Source of the DNA: Pristiophorus japonicus | Lineage: Eukaryota | NCBI RefSeq assembly: GCF_044704955.1 | Contig: NW_027252079.1 | Coordinates: 248,001 to 312,000, forward strand | DNA: 64,000 nucleotides | Reading direction: 5' to 3' | Shown: piece by piece, positions 1-11,394 of the stretch | Position numbering within the stretch: position 1 is the first letter of the stretch | Layout of the letters: each line of letters starts with the position of its first letter | The notes under the pieces: model-generated | What the model saw: only the letters and a program-made list of their open reading frames with translations | Database searches by the model: none | Told to the model about the DNA's origin: nothing | Program-made: the position numbers and the translations under genes

Positions 1-957
1 CTCTGCTGATCCCCGGTCTCACGCCTCAGTGACCACGAACTCCCGCTGCCTCTTGCAGCATTTTATAGGCCTCTGCTGATCCCCAGACTCACGCCTCAGA
101 GACCACGAACTCCCGCTGCCTCTCGCGGCCTTTTATAGGCCTCTGCTGATCCCCGGACTCACGCCTCAGTGACCACGAACTCCCGCTGCCTCTCGCGGCC
201 TTTTATATGCCTCTGTTGATCTCCGGACTCACGCCTCAGCGACCACGAACTCCCGCTGCCTTTTATAGGCCTCTGCTGATCCCCGGACTCACGCCTCAGC
301 GACCACAAACTCCCGCTGCCTCTCACGGCCATTTATAGACCTCTGCTGATCCCCGGACTCACGCCTCAGCGACCACGAACTCCCGCTGCCTCTCCCGGCC
401 TTTTATAGGCCTCTGCTGATCCCCGGACTCACGCCTCAGCGACCACGAACTCCCGCTGCCTCTCGCGGCCTTTTATAGGCCTCTGCTGATCTCCGGACTC
501 ACGCCTCAGCGCCCACGAACTCCCGCTGCCTTTTATGGGCTTCTGCTGATCCCCAGACTCACGCTTCAGCGGCCACGAACTCCTGCTGCCTTTTATAGGC
601 CTCTGCTGATCCCCGGACTCACGCCTCAGTGACCACGAACTCCCGCTGCCTCTCGCGGCCTTTTATAGGCCTCTGCTGATCTCCGGACTCACGCCTCAGC
701 GCCCACGAACTCCCGCTGCCTTTTATAGGCCTCTGCTGATCCCCGGACTCACGCCTCAGCGGCCACGAACTCCTGCTGCCTTTCATAGGCTTCTGCTGAT
801 CCCCGGACTCACGCCTCAGTGACCACGAACTCCCGCTGCCTCTCGCGGCCTTTTATAGGCCTCTGCTGATCCCCGAATTCACGCCTCAGCGACTACGAAC
901 ACCCGCTGCATCTCGCGGACTTTTATAGGCCTCTGCTGATCCCCAGACTCACGCCTC
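1..957 (-). repeat. Tandem array of 60/70-bp monomers carrying TATAAAAG on the - strand; probable 5' UTR monomer array of a CR1-type LINE running off the left edge
   Basis: About 14 copies of ctctgctgatccccggactcacgcctcagcgaccacgaactcccgctgcc(tctcgcggcc)ttttataggc; shares the gccttttataggcct core with the array at 2018-2424. Confidence 0.8.
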
Positions 958-1809
958 CGTCCGGTTTGTACTGGTCCCACCTCCTCCAGAACCGGTTCCA
1001 ATGCCCCAGGAATTTGAATCCCTCCCTGCTGCACCACTGTTCAAGCCACATATTCTTCTGCGCTATCCTGCGATTCCTACTCTGACTAGCACGTGGATCT
1101 GGTAGCAATCCCGAGATTACTACTTTTCAGGTCCTACTTTTTAATTTAGCTCCTAGCTCCTTAAATGCGTCTCATTGGACCTCATCCCGTTTTTTTAACC
1201 TATGTCGTTGGTACCAATGTGCTCCACGACAACTGGCAGTTCTCCCTCCCTTTTCAGAATGTCCTGCACACGCTCCGAGACATCCTTGACCCTTGCACCA
1301 GGGAGGCAAAATACCATCCTGGAGTCTCGGTTGCGGCCGCAGAAACGCCTATCTATTCCCCTTACAATTGAATCCCCTATCACTATCGCTCTTCCACTCT
1401 TTTTCCTGCCCTCCTGTGCAACAGAGCCAGCCACGGTGCCATGAACTTGGCTGCTGCTGCCCTCCCCTGATGAGTCATCCCCCTCAACAGTACTCAAAGC
1501 GGTGTATCTGTTTTGCAGGTGGATGGCCACAGGGGACCCCTGCACTACCTTCCTTGCACTGCTCTTCCTGCTGGTCTTCCATTCCCTATCTGGCTGTGGA
1601 CCCTTCACCTGCGGTAAGACCAACTCACTAAACGTGCTGCTCATGTCATTCTCAGCATCATGCATGCTCCAGAGTGAATCCACCCTCAGCTTCAGGGCCG
1701 CAATGCAGTCCGTCAGAAGCTGGACGCGGATGCACTTCCCGCACACGTAGTTGTCAGGGACACCGGAAGTGTCCCTGAGTTCCCACATGGTACAGGAGGA
1801 GCATATCAC
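958..1809 (-). mobile_element. CR1-type LINE ORF1 (N-terminal CxxC...CxxC zinc finger, coiled coil, SGNH esterase domain), disrupted and 3'-truncated
   Basis: ORF 1195-1809: CSSC...CGKC, IVIGDSIVR and HIGTND esterase blocks; continues in 923-1108 (WLEQWCSREGFKFLGHW) and is cut at the left array. Confidence 0.85.
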
Positions 1810-2017
1810 GTGACCGGGCTCTCCTGCCGTGACTTAACTCTTAGATACACTTAATTTGGCGACAACATAGTTAACAGGTTACTTACTGATACAAAAAAGA
1901 AAAAGGAAAGCTACTCACCAATCACCAGCCAATCACTTACCCCTTTGGCTGTGATGTCACCTTTTTATTTCTTTCTACTTCTTTTTTGCTTTTTCTCCCA
2001 GCTGGAGCTGCACAAGC

Positions 2018-2424
2018 TCGCCTTTTATAGGCCTCACCGCACACCTCGAGCTCCTGCCTCCGATCTGCCGCCGCCTCTCGCAGCCGCTGGGCCTTTTATA
2101 GGCCTCACCGCGCACCTCGAGCTCCTGCCTCCGATCTGCGCCGCCTCTCGCAGCCGCTGGGCCTTGTATAGGCCTCACCGCGCACCTCGAGCTCCTGCCT
2201 CCGATCTGCCGCCGCCTCTCGCAGCCGCTGGGCCTTGTATAGGCCTCACCGCGCACCTCGAGCTCCTGCCTCCGATCTGCCGACGCCTCTCGCAGCCGCT
2301 GGGCCTTTTATAGGCCTCATCGCGCACCTCGAGCTCCTGCCTCCGATCTGCCGCCGCCTCTCGCAGCCGCTGGGCCTTTTATAGGCCTCTCCACGGACCT
2401 CGAACTCCCGCCTCCGATCTGCCT
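2018..2424 (-). repeat. Tandem ~71-bp TATA-bearing monomers upstream of the CR1 ORF1 (5' UTR)
   Basis: About 6 copies of gggccttttataggcctcaccgcgcacctcgagctcctgcctccgatctgccgccgcctctcgcagccgct. Confidence 0.8.
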
Positions 2425-2875
2425 CAACTCCACTTCCCTGCACTATCCACATATCGATTGATTCCATTAATGTTCAAAAATCTATCGATCTCTGTCTTGA
2501 ATATACTCAAAGACTGAGCTTCCACAGCCTTCTGGGGTAGAGAAATCCAATGATTCACCACCATCTGATTGAAGAGGTTTCTCCTCTTCTCAATCCTAAA
2601 TGGTAAATGGGCGACCCCTGAATCTGACACTGTGACCCCTGGTTCCAGACTCCACAGCCAGAGGAAACATCCTCTTTGCATCTACTCTATCACGCCCTGT
2701 AAGAATGGTATATGTTTTAATAAGATCACCTAAACTCTCGAGAATCTAGGCCAAGTCTATCAATCTCTTCTCATAGGATAATCACCCCATTCCAGGAGTC
2801 AGTCTGGTGAACCGTCGTTTCACTCTCTCAATGGCAAGTACATCCTTCCTTCGGTAAGGAGATACAAAACTGTTT
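2425..2875 (-). mobile_element. CR1 LINE 3' fragment
   Basis: Translation resembles the ORF2 C-terminus (RRNLFNQMVVNHWISLP...FKTEIDRFL). Confidence 0.75.
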
Positions 2876-2984
2876 CTCCCATTGATTCAGGATCAAGGGT
2901 TCACGGGCACCTCCAGACTCAACTCAGGTCCAGTTTGTAAAGCCTGTGAACCCTGATTCAGGGCTGTCATCCTGGGCCGGTCCC

Positions 2985-4118
2985 ACATGGCAGACTTGTC
3001 AAGAAAGTTAAAGCCCATGGGATCCAGGGTACATGGCAAGTTGGATCCAAAATTGTCTCAGAGGCAGGAAGCAGAGATAATGGTTGATGAGTGCGTTTGT
3101 GAACTGAAGGCTTCATCCAGTGATATTCCACAGGTCTCAGTGCTGCGTTCCGTGCTTTTTGTAGTATATATCAATGACTTGGACTTGAATGTTGGGGATA
3201 TGATTAAGAAGTTTGCAGATGAAACTAAAATAGGCTGTGTGGTTGATAATGAAGAAGAAAATTGCAGAATGCAGGAAGATATCAATGTGCTGGTCAGGGG
3301 GGTAGAACAGTGGCAAATGGAACTCAATCTGGATAATTGTGATGTAATGCATTTGTGGAGATTGACCAAGGCAAGGGATTACACATTAAATGGTACGACA
3401 CTGTAGAGGATCAAAGGGACCTTGGAGTGCAGATCTCTAAAAGTAGCAAGCCAGTTAGATAAGCTGGTTAACAAGGCATATGGAATACTTGACTTTATTA
3501 GTCGAGACATGGAATACAAGAGCAAGGAGGTTATGCTTGAACTGTATAAAACGCTGGTTAGGCCGCAGCAGGAGTACTGAATGCAGTTCTGGTCACCATA
3601 TTATAGAAAATATGTTATTACAAGGGAAATGGTGCAGAGGAGGTTTACAAGAAAGTTGCCTGATTTGGTAATTTTAGCTATGAGGAAATATTGGACATGC
3701 TGGGTCTGTTTTCTTTTTGGAACAGAGGAGGCTGAGGGGAGACCTGATTGAGATGTACAAAATTATGAGGGGTCTGGATAGAGTGGATAGGAAGGACCTG
3801 TTTCCCTCAGCAGAGAGGTCAACAACTAGGGGGCATAGATTTAAAGTAATTGGCGGGAAGTATAGGGGAGCTATGAGGGAAATTTCATAACCCAGAGAGT
3901 GGTCGGGGTCTGGAGCTCACTGCCTGAAAGGGTTGTAGAGGCAGAACCAATCACCACATTTAAAAAGAACTTGGATATACACCCAAAGTGTAGAAACCAA
4001 CAGGGCTATGGAGCAAGAGCTGTAAAGCGGGATTAGGCTGCATAGCTCTTGGTCGGCCGGCACGGACACAATGGGCCAAATTAGCCTCCTTCCGTGCTGT
4101 AAATTTCTATGATTCTAT
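2985..4118 (+). mobile_element. Decayed CR1 LINE ORF2 (RT) with 3' tail
   Basis: LFVVYINDLD...KFADETK motifs; ends in ttctatgattctat. Confidence 0.85.
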
Positions 4119-4221
4119 TAAATGGATCCGACACCGCCTGAGCCAGTTCTCTTAGTTTTAGTACTTCCTGGGAGTCTGTACAACTTCGAATAAGAAAGAG
4201 AAGAAAATTAAATTTAAAGAA

Positions 4222-4450
4222 AGACGTGCATGTATATAGCGCCTTTCACAACCGCCGGACGTCTCAAAGCGAATTATGACCAATTAATTACTGTTTGAAG
4301 TGTAGTCACTATTGTAATGTGGGAAACGCAGAAGGCACCTCTGACAGTGCTGCACTCCCTCAGCACTGTACTAGAATGTCAGCCTTGATTTATGTGTTCA
4401 TTTTCATGGAATGGGACTTGAACCCACAACCTTCTGAGCCACAGCTGACA
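4222..4450 (-). mobile_element. SINE fragment (Deu-SINE-like, tRNA-derived head)
   Basis: tatatagcgcctttcac...tcaaagcg tail and gggacttgaacccac (B-box on - strand); similar to 19830-20250. Confidence 0.45.
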
Positions 4451-4659
4451 CAAATCTTTAAATATTAATTGTTTCAGTAAGGTTAATAAACAGCAAATGT
4501 TTATGTCAGCTAATACCTGAAGATAAATTCCTACCGACAATGTTGTAAAGTCGAATCAGTAAATTTAAAAGAGAACATGTTATAGTTTAATTCAATTTTA
4601 TTTGGCAAAATGTCAATCTTGATCTTTTAAAATTATGTATCCAATATTAATAAAGCAGT

Positions 4660-6860
4660 CGGAATATAGGAGCAGTATTCGGCCAATCAGCCCCTGGAGC
4701 CTGTTCCACCATTCAATTAGATCATGGCTGATCTGTATCTTAACTCCATCAATCAGCCTTGGTTCCATAACACTTAATACACTTTCCTGACATAAATCTA
4801 CCAATCAATCTCTGACAACCATCAGCAGTGAAGACCACTGCCTGTTAAAGCTTCCCTTATTAATTCCCGAGATAAGATCAGGTCAGCCATGATCTTATTG
4901 AATGGTGGAGCAGGCTCGAGGGGCCAATTGGCCGACACCTGGTCCTATTTCTATGGTTCTTACATTGAATACCGGATCTTTTTTGGAGGCATAGAGTACA
5001 AAAATAATGAAATAATGTGTCCAGTTGTGGATACCACGTTTTAGAAAGGACAATGGCTCGGAGAGGGTGAAGAAGAGATGCGTTTGAATGATACCAGGGA
5101 TGAAATAATTAATTTACATGGCAACATTAGCGAAGTTGGGGTTGTTCTCCTGAGGAGAGAGCATAGAAGGTTAAGGGGAGAACTAATAGAGGTGTTCAAG
5201 ATCACGAAGGGTTTTGATAGATTGTGTTATGTTAAAGATTTTCCAGTGGCATAAGGGTCATTAACCAGTGTTCAGAGATTTAAGGTAAATGGCAAAAGAA
5301 CCAGAGGGAATATTACATAGATATTATGCAGAATTATATAGACTATACAGCACAGAAACAGGCGATTCGACCCAACCAGTCCATGCCGGCGTTTATGGTC
5401 CACTCGAGCCTCCTCCCATATGTCCTTATTTAAATCTATCAGCATCACGCTCTGGTCCATTCAATCCTCGTATGCTTATCTGGCCTCCCTTAAAGGTATC
5501 TATGCTTCCCCTCAAACGTTCCCTGTGATAGCGAGTTCCACATTCTCACCAATCTCTGAGGGGTCTGGACAGGGTAGGTAGAGGGAAACTGTTCCCATTG
5601 TCAGGAAGGCTGAGAACCTGAGGACACAGATTTCAGGTGATTTGCAAAAGAACCAAAGGCGACGTAAAAAAAACAATTATGCAGCGAGTGGCTAAGATCT
5701 GGAATGCACTGCCTGAAAGGGTGGTGGAAGCAGACTCAACTTTATCTTTAAAAAGGGAGTTGGATAAGTCTCTGAAGGGAAACATATGCAGGGCTTCGGG
5801 GAAAGGGCAGTGGAGTGGGACTATCTGAGAGTCGGCAGGGGTTCGACCGGCCGAATAGGCCTTTCCCATGCTGTAACCATTCTATGATTCTATGATTCTT
5901 CAGCTAGGTTTCTGCTGAATTCCCTATCTGATTTCTTGATGAATATCTTATATTGATGACCTCTATCTTTGCTCTTCCTCACAAGTGGAAACACTCTCTC
6001 TGTATCCAACCTATTGAAATCTTCCAGAATTTTAAAGATCTCGATTCGATCACCCCTCAGCCTTCATTTTCAAAAGGACTGACAGCCAGCCATTTCATCC
6101 TTTCCTGAGAGGTATAACCTGGTCTTACTGGTGCCATCCTCGTAAATCTTTGCTGCAGTCTCTTCAATGCCGCTATTTTCTTTACATAATACATTGACCA
6201 AAATCCGAAATTGTACAAAGTACTTCATGTGGTCTAACCAAGTTTAGCATAACTGCTGCACTTTTCAATTCTATCACTCTAGAAATAAATCCGAGTGCCT
6301 GTTTTCTTCTCTTTTTTTGCCATTGTTAACATGTGACGCTACTTTTAGTGATGTGTGTATTTGTACTCCAAGAAACCTTTGTTCCTCCAACCCAGTTAGA
6401 TTCTTATTTTATGTGATATGTGAGCTCCTTATTTTTCGTACCAAAATGAAATACCTCATACTTGTCTGTGTTGAGATTCATTTGCCACTTAATGTATTCT
6501 TGTAATTTGTTGCAGTATTCCTCAGTATTGCCCCCCAACCCCCCGGCCTCGCCCCCCGTGCTTATGATTCCTAAATATAAATTGTTGTGATCAATAGTGG
6601 ACCCAGCACTGATCCTTCTGGGATCCCACTTTCCAGCTTCTGCCACTGTGAAGAGCTACCATTTACTCCTCATCTCTGCTTTCTGTCTTGAAGCCAGCTA
6701 GCTATCCATTCTGACGCTTGTCTCCTGACTCCACATTCATCTATTATGTGGCACATTATCGAAGACTTTTTCGATATCTGGATACGGTAGACATTGACTG
6801 TATTACCATTGTCTACCCTCCCTGTTACCTCTTCCAACATTCAAATGAGGTTGGTCAAGC
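4660..6860. mobile_element. Cluster of decayed CR1 3' fragments in both orientations
   Basis: Repeated tail motifs (cagccatgatcttattgaatgg; ttctatgattctatg) and ORF2 remnants (RVAKIWNALPERVVEA; WQMNLNTDKYEVFHFG). Confidence 0.7.
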
Positions 6861-7119
6861 ATGGATTTGTGTATATTATAATAGGCCCTTTCTCAGCTAT
6901 TACTGCTCCAGACCATGTTTCTTGTTATATAACACAAGGTCCTGTCTCCATTGTTATTGCACTGCAGAATTTTAATGTTACACACGACCTTGACTCTAGC
7001 CTGAAAGGCTGGTGAAACCAGAATCAATAACTACTTTGAAAGGGGAAAGAATAAATACTTTAAATGACAAATACATCGGAGCTACGGCGAAATAGCAGAG
7101 GGAGTCGGACTAATTGGGT

Positions 7120-7677
7120 CATCATCATCATCATAGGCAGTCCCTCGGAATCGAGGAAGACTTGCTTCCACCCCTGAAGTGACTTCTTTGGTGGCTGAAC
7201 AGTCCAATACGAGAGCCACAGAATGTGTCACAGGTGGGACAGATAGTTGTTGAAGGAAGGGATGAGCGGGACTGGTTTGCCACACCCTCCTTTCGCTGTC
7301 TGCGCTTGACCTCTTCACGCTCTCGGTGTTGAGGCTCGAAGTGCTCAGCGTCCTCCCGGATGCACTTTCTCTACCTAGGGCGGTCTTTGGCCAGGGACTC
7401 CCAGGTGTCAGTGGGGATGTTGCACTTTATCAGGGAGGCTTTGAGGGTGTCCTTGTAACGATTCCGGTGCCCACCTTTGGTTCGTTTGCTGTGAAGGAGC
7501 TCTGCATAGAGCAATAGCTTAGGAAGTCTCGTGTCTGGCATGCGAACTATGTGGCCTGCCCAGTGAAGCTGATTGCGTGTGGTCAGTGCTTCAATGCTGG
7601 GGATGTTAGCCTGGACGAGGACACTGACGTTGGCGCGCCTGTCCTCTCAGGGGATTTGCAGGATCTTGCAGAGGCAT
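7120..7677 (-). mobile_element. RTE-clade LINE 3' fragment
   Basis: (cat)n-aggcagtccctcg tail, the reverse of gagggactgcctatgatgat; homologous to + strand copies at 36.5-37.2 kb and 58.9-59.4 kb. Confidence 0.8.
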
Positions 7678-7814
7678 ATTTGCGGAACCAATCACACCAA
7701 TTGCGTAGCTCTTTCATGGAACATGCGCAGTTACAACATGTTGAATGTTCTCCTTCTGAGCTGTGTCATTCTATGCTTCTGTGATTCAATGGAAATACCA
7801 AGTTTCCTTTTATA

Positions 7815-8472
7815 TTAAAATAGACTATGACGTTGTTTATATTACACTAGACCCTATCTCTGTTTATATTACACTAGGCACTGTTCTGTTTATATTACAC
7901 AAGACCGCTCTCTATTTATATTACACTAGATACTGCCTGTGTTTATATTATACTAGACCCTGTCGCTGTTTATATCTCATTAGACCCGATATCTTTTTAT
8001 ACCATCTAGACCCTGTCTCTGTTTATATTACACTAGATGCTCTCGCTGTTTATATTACACTAGACCCTGACTCTCTTTATATTATGATGGACCCTGTCTC
8101 TGATTATATTACACTGAACTCTGTTTGTATTTATATTACACTAGGCTCTGTCTCAGTTATTATTGCAGTAGTCCCTGTCTCTGTTTATATTACACTAGAC
8201 ACTGTCTCAGTTATTGCTGCATTAGACCCAGTCTCTGTTTATATTACACTGGACCCTGTTTGTATTCATATTACACTAGACACTGTCTCAGTTATTACTG
8301 CACTAGACCCTATCTCTGTTAGTACTGCACTAGACCCTGTCTCTGTTTATATTACTCGAGCCCAAGTATATTTTATTAATGCACTTTACATTGTGTCTGT
8401 TAATATTACACAACGCTTTGACTGTTTATTTTACACTAGATCGCGCATCTGTTTGTATTATACAAGACCCTG
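7815..8472. repeat. ~24-bp AT-rich minisatellite
   Basis: Repeating ctctgtttatattacactagaccctg. Confidence 0.9.
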
Positions 8473-8829
8473 GCAATGTAAACCAAATGGTATAATGTGA
8501 ATGTTTTGCAGGAACAGAGGGACCTGGTGGGGTCCGTCGACAAATCCTTGAAGGTGGCAGGACAAGTTGATAAAGGCTGCTAAAAAGTAACATCGCATCC
8601 GTGCCTTGAAAATTGGAGGCGTAGTGTACAAAGGCATTCAATTTATGCTAAACCTTTAAAACACTGTATACGCCCAAACCATCCATTCATTCATCCATCT
8701 ATTAATCCGTTCATCAGTCCATTAATAAATCTAAACTCTCAGATATCTAACTACCCATCATTCCTGCATTGCTGCATCCATCTATCCATCCACACAAACA
8801 TGTGTACTTATTTATTTCAAAATATATAC

Positions 8830-8992
8830 NNNNNNNNNNNNNNNNNNNNNNNNNNNNNNNNNNNNNNNNNNNNNNNNNNNNNNNNNNNNNNNNNNNNNNN
8901 NNNNNNNNNNNNNNNNNNNNNNNNNNNNNNNNNNNNNNNNNNNNNNNNNNNNNNNNNNNNNNNNNNNNNNNNNNNNNNNNNNNNNNNNNNNN
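8830..8992. other. Assembly gap (163 N)
   Basis: N run, about 1.6 kb upstream of the IgH start codon. Confidence 0.99.
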
Positions 8993-10384
8993 GGAACAGT
9001 TACACACAGTTACACAACTAAAATAATTAAACGTAATTCCAGTACTGTTGCTGGGTAGATTTGTATCTAAATAGCCCTCATTGACAATGTAAAGGGTTTG
9101 AAGTTGGCTTCTAGCCAAGCGGTCAGTAGTGAGGACACAGACCTTTGATGTACTGCATAGAACCCCAGATGCTTCCTGTAAATGACATTGGGTGTTCGAG
9201 GCTCACTGATGGCAGTCAGCTGGGTTTCTGCCAAATGCCGTGTGGGTTAGATTAGCGTGAACAAGAATAGGAGAAAGATGGGATTTACCTAGATAAACAT
9301 TAAATTATTCAGTAGCTTTTTACAAAAAATAATCATTTTACATGGTATAACATCTCAAGAATGATTTTCCGTAAATTCCATGCTCACAGTATTATAAAAT
9401 AGGATCAGAAAATAATGAATTGATCCATATGGTATCTAATTAAAACTATTTCCAAATAAAGACCATTCTAGACTATTCAGTCCCTTCATTCAGTACAGCA
9501 AGAAGTGCTGGAGCGAGGTTTAATGGCCCCATACCCACACTGTAATGAGATGAATGGTAATCGCAAAGTAAATAAAACAGAGGTGGAATTGCCTTGAACC
9601 CGTTGCACTTGCTTGAATATTCTCACAGAGTTCTGCACCTGGTTAATACTAATGTCTTCCTTATTACTGATTAGCAGCCGTGCACTGTGCAGTGTAAGTT
9701 GAGCTGATTTGGATCCCTGAACAACCCCTCTCATAGCCCGGCAACCAATGGGTAGAGAAATGCACATTGTAATCTGTTTCAGCGGGAGATAAAGCATTTA
9801 TTCCTGTGATATTCTGTACTATACCGCCACGTCCTGATACGTCGTGTTCCTGGTACCCATGTAGTTGGTCGCTATTAAAGTTAGCTGCAAGGATTTGGAT
9901 GCCGGGGTTTGCTGGTCGTATTATCAGTTCTGATTCACCAGCTTCTTTCTTCAAACGCTGATCTGAAGCAGGCGGGCTCCACTTTCTTATGTGTCTCCGT
10001 TAACTCACTCCTTATTTATCAGGCAAGCGGACTTATTTTACAGCTAATTTTAGAAAGGACTGTCTGAGAGACTCGGGGGCAGTTAGTAAAACGCAATTGG
10101 AGACACTTGTATAATGTGAGGGGTGTAAACTCATCTCCAGACACAAATTGTGAAGCTATGGCCATCCACATTCTAAATAGAGTCACATAACCATCTGCGC
10201 ACTCTGTACTTAGAGTGATAATAGTTCAGATTATAATGGATAGTTTATTGGTACAGAGTGAAGGGGCAGATAGCGGGAGATGGGGAAACACATACTGACA
10301 GTGTCTTTAGATCGTGATAATGTAATTAAATCTCAGAGATTCACATCCCCTGTGAAGGAGTGAGGAATAAAGGGATTTATTTTA

Positions 10385-10510
10385 CAAACCAGATGTGGGT
10401 CCATTCTGTTGGTGATGTGGAAGGTGTGACGTGGATCCAGAAGCCATCTCTATCAGGGAATCAATGGGCGGCGTCTGTAACCTCACCCCCATCTCCCGGG
10501 TATTTAACTG
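10385..10510 (+). promoter_or_regulatory. IgH V promoter: E-box, CRE-like element, TATA-like box, no octamer
   Basis: CAGATG 10390-10395, TGACGT 10427-10432, TATTTAA 10501-10507 about 100 bp before the ATG. Confidence 0.6.
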
Positions 10511-10599
10511 CCGGTCACTGGGACCACAATACAACAGTCCCGGAGTGGGTTTGCTCAGTGAGTTCTTGTCGGAACCATTTACCACACATTGCCAGGAGG

Positions 10600-10645
10600 A
10601 TGAGGTCGGTGATTTCTCTCGGTCTGTTGCTGGCTTTATTTTCCC
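10600..10645 (+). CDS. IGHV: IgH leader exon (signal peptide)
   Basis: MRSVISLGLLLALFS plus one base, phase-1 donor GTGAGT at 10646. Confidence 0.93.
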
Positions 10646-10771
10646 GTGAGTAGTTTTTATTGTCCAATCTCTCACTGTTTCTGTCTCAGTGTTAGTCTCT
10701 CTCTGGAATGTTACAGAGTCAGGAATCATTTCACCAGGATTAATCGTCGGGGTTTTTGATTATTTTTACAG

Positions 10772-11134
10772 GTGTCCAGGCGGATGTGATGATGATTCAG
10801 CCCGAGGCAGAGACCAGGATTCCCGGAGGCTCCCTGAGACTGACCTGTAAAACCAGGTTCGATGTTAGCAACTTTTACATGCACTGGCTCCGCCATGTTC
10901 CGGGACAGGGCCCGGAGTGGCTGCTTGAGTATCACAGTCCATCGAGCAAGTATTACGCCCCAGGGATTGAGAGCCGATTTACTGCGTCCAAAGACACTTC
11001 AAACAATATCTTCGCGCTGGACATGAAGAACCTGAGGAGCGAAGACACCGCCATCTATTACTGTGCAAGGGGCTACAGGGGTGGGTATAACTATTTCGGC
11101 TGGGGACAAGGGACCATGGTGACAGTGACTCCAG
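10772..11134 (+). CDS. IGHV: Pre-joined V-D-J exon of Ig heavy chain, in frame
   Basis: Acceptor tttttacag; [13 protein letters not shown]...LTC...MHW...[31 protein letters not shown]; phase-1 donor GTAAGG at 11135; no RSS between V and J. Confidence 0.96.
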
Positions 11135-11394
11135 GTAAGGAACATTCACTCATTCAGTAACTATTATAATTGTGTCTTTATTTTGCATTTCTGTTTATTT
11201 TAATAATTATTTCGTTCACTGAAACTTGCTTTCGGTGGCTTCTCTGTGGAGACTTTTCAATGTTCCATGTAATTCTGCTGCAAAGTGATCATAAAATTCA
11301 ACTGTTTCTCCACAGAAAATGTTATTGATGTGATTTGGTGTTTATCTGCTGAACAGACTGTGTTCCTAGGTTACTTTAAATACTTTATGGTTGT

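Noticed and set aside
7763-8500. 245-aa hydrophobic ORF
   Set aside because: Translation of a 24-bp minisatellite
8747-9118. ORFs spanning the N run
   Set aside because: Gap artefacts
10600-11134. Processed retrocopy of a rearranged IgH mRNA
   Set aside because: Leader intron, promoter and 7.4-kb J-C intron are all present
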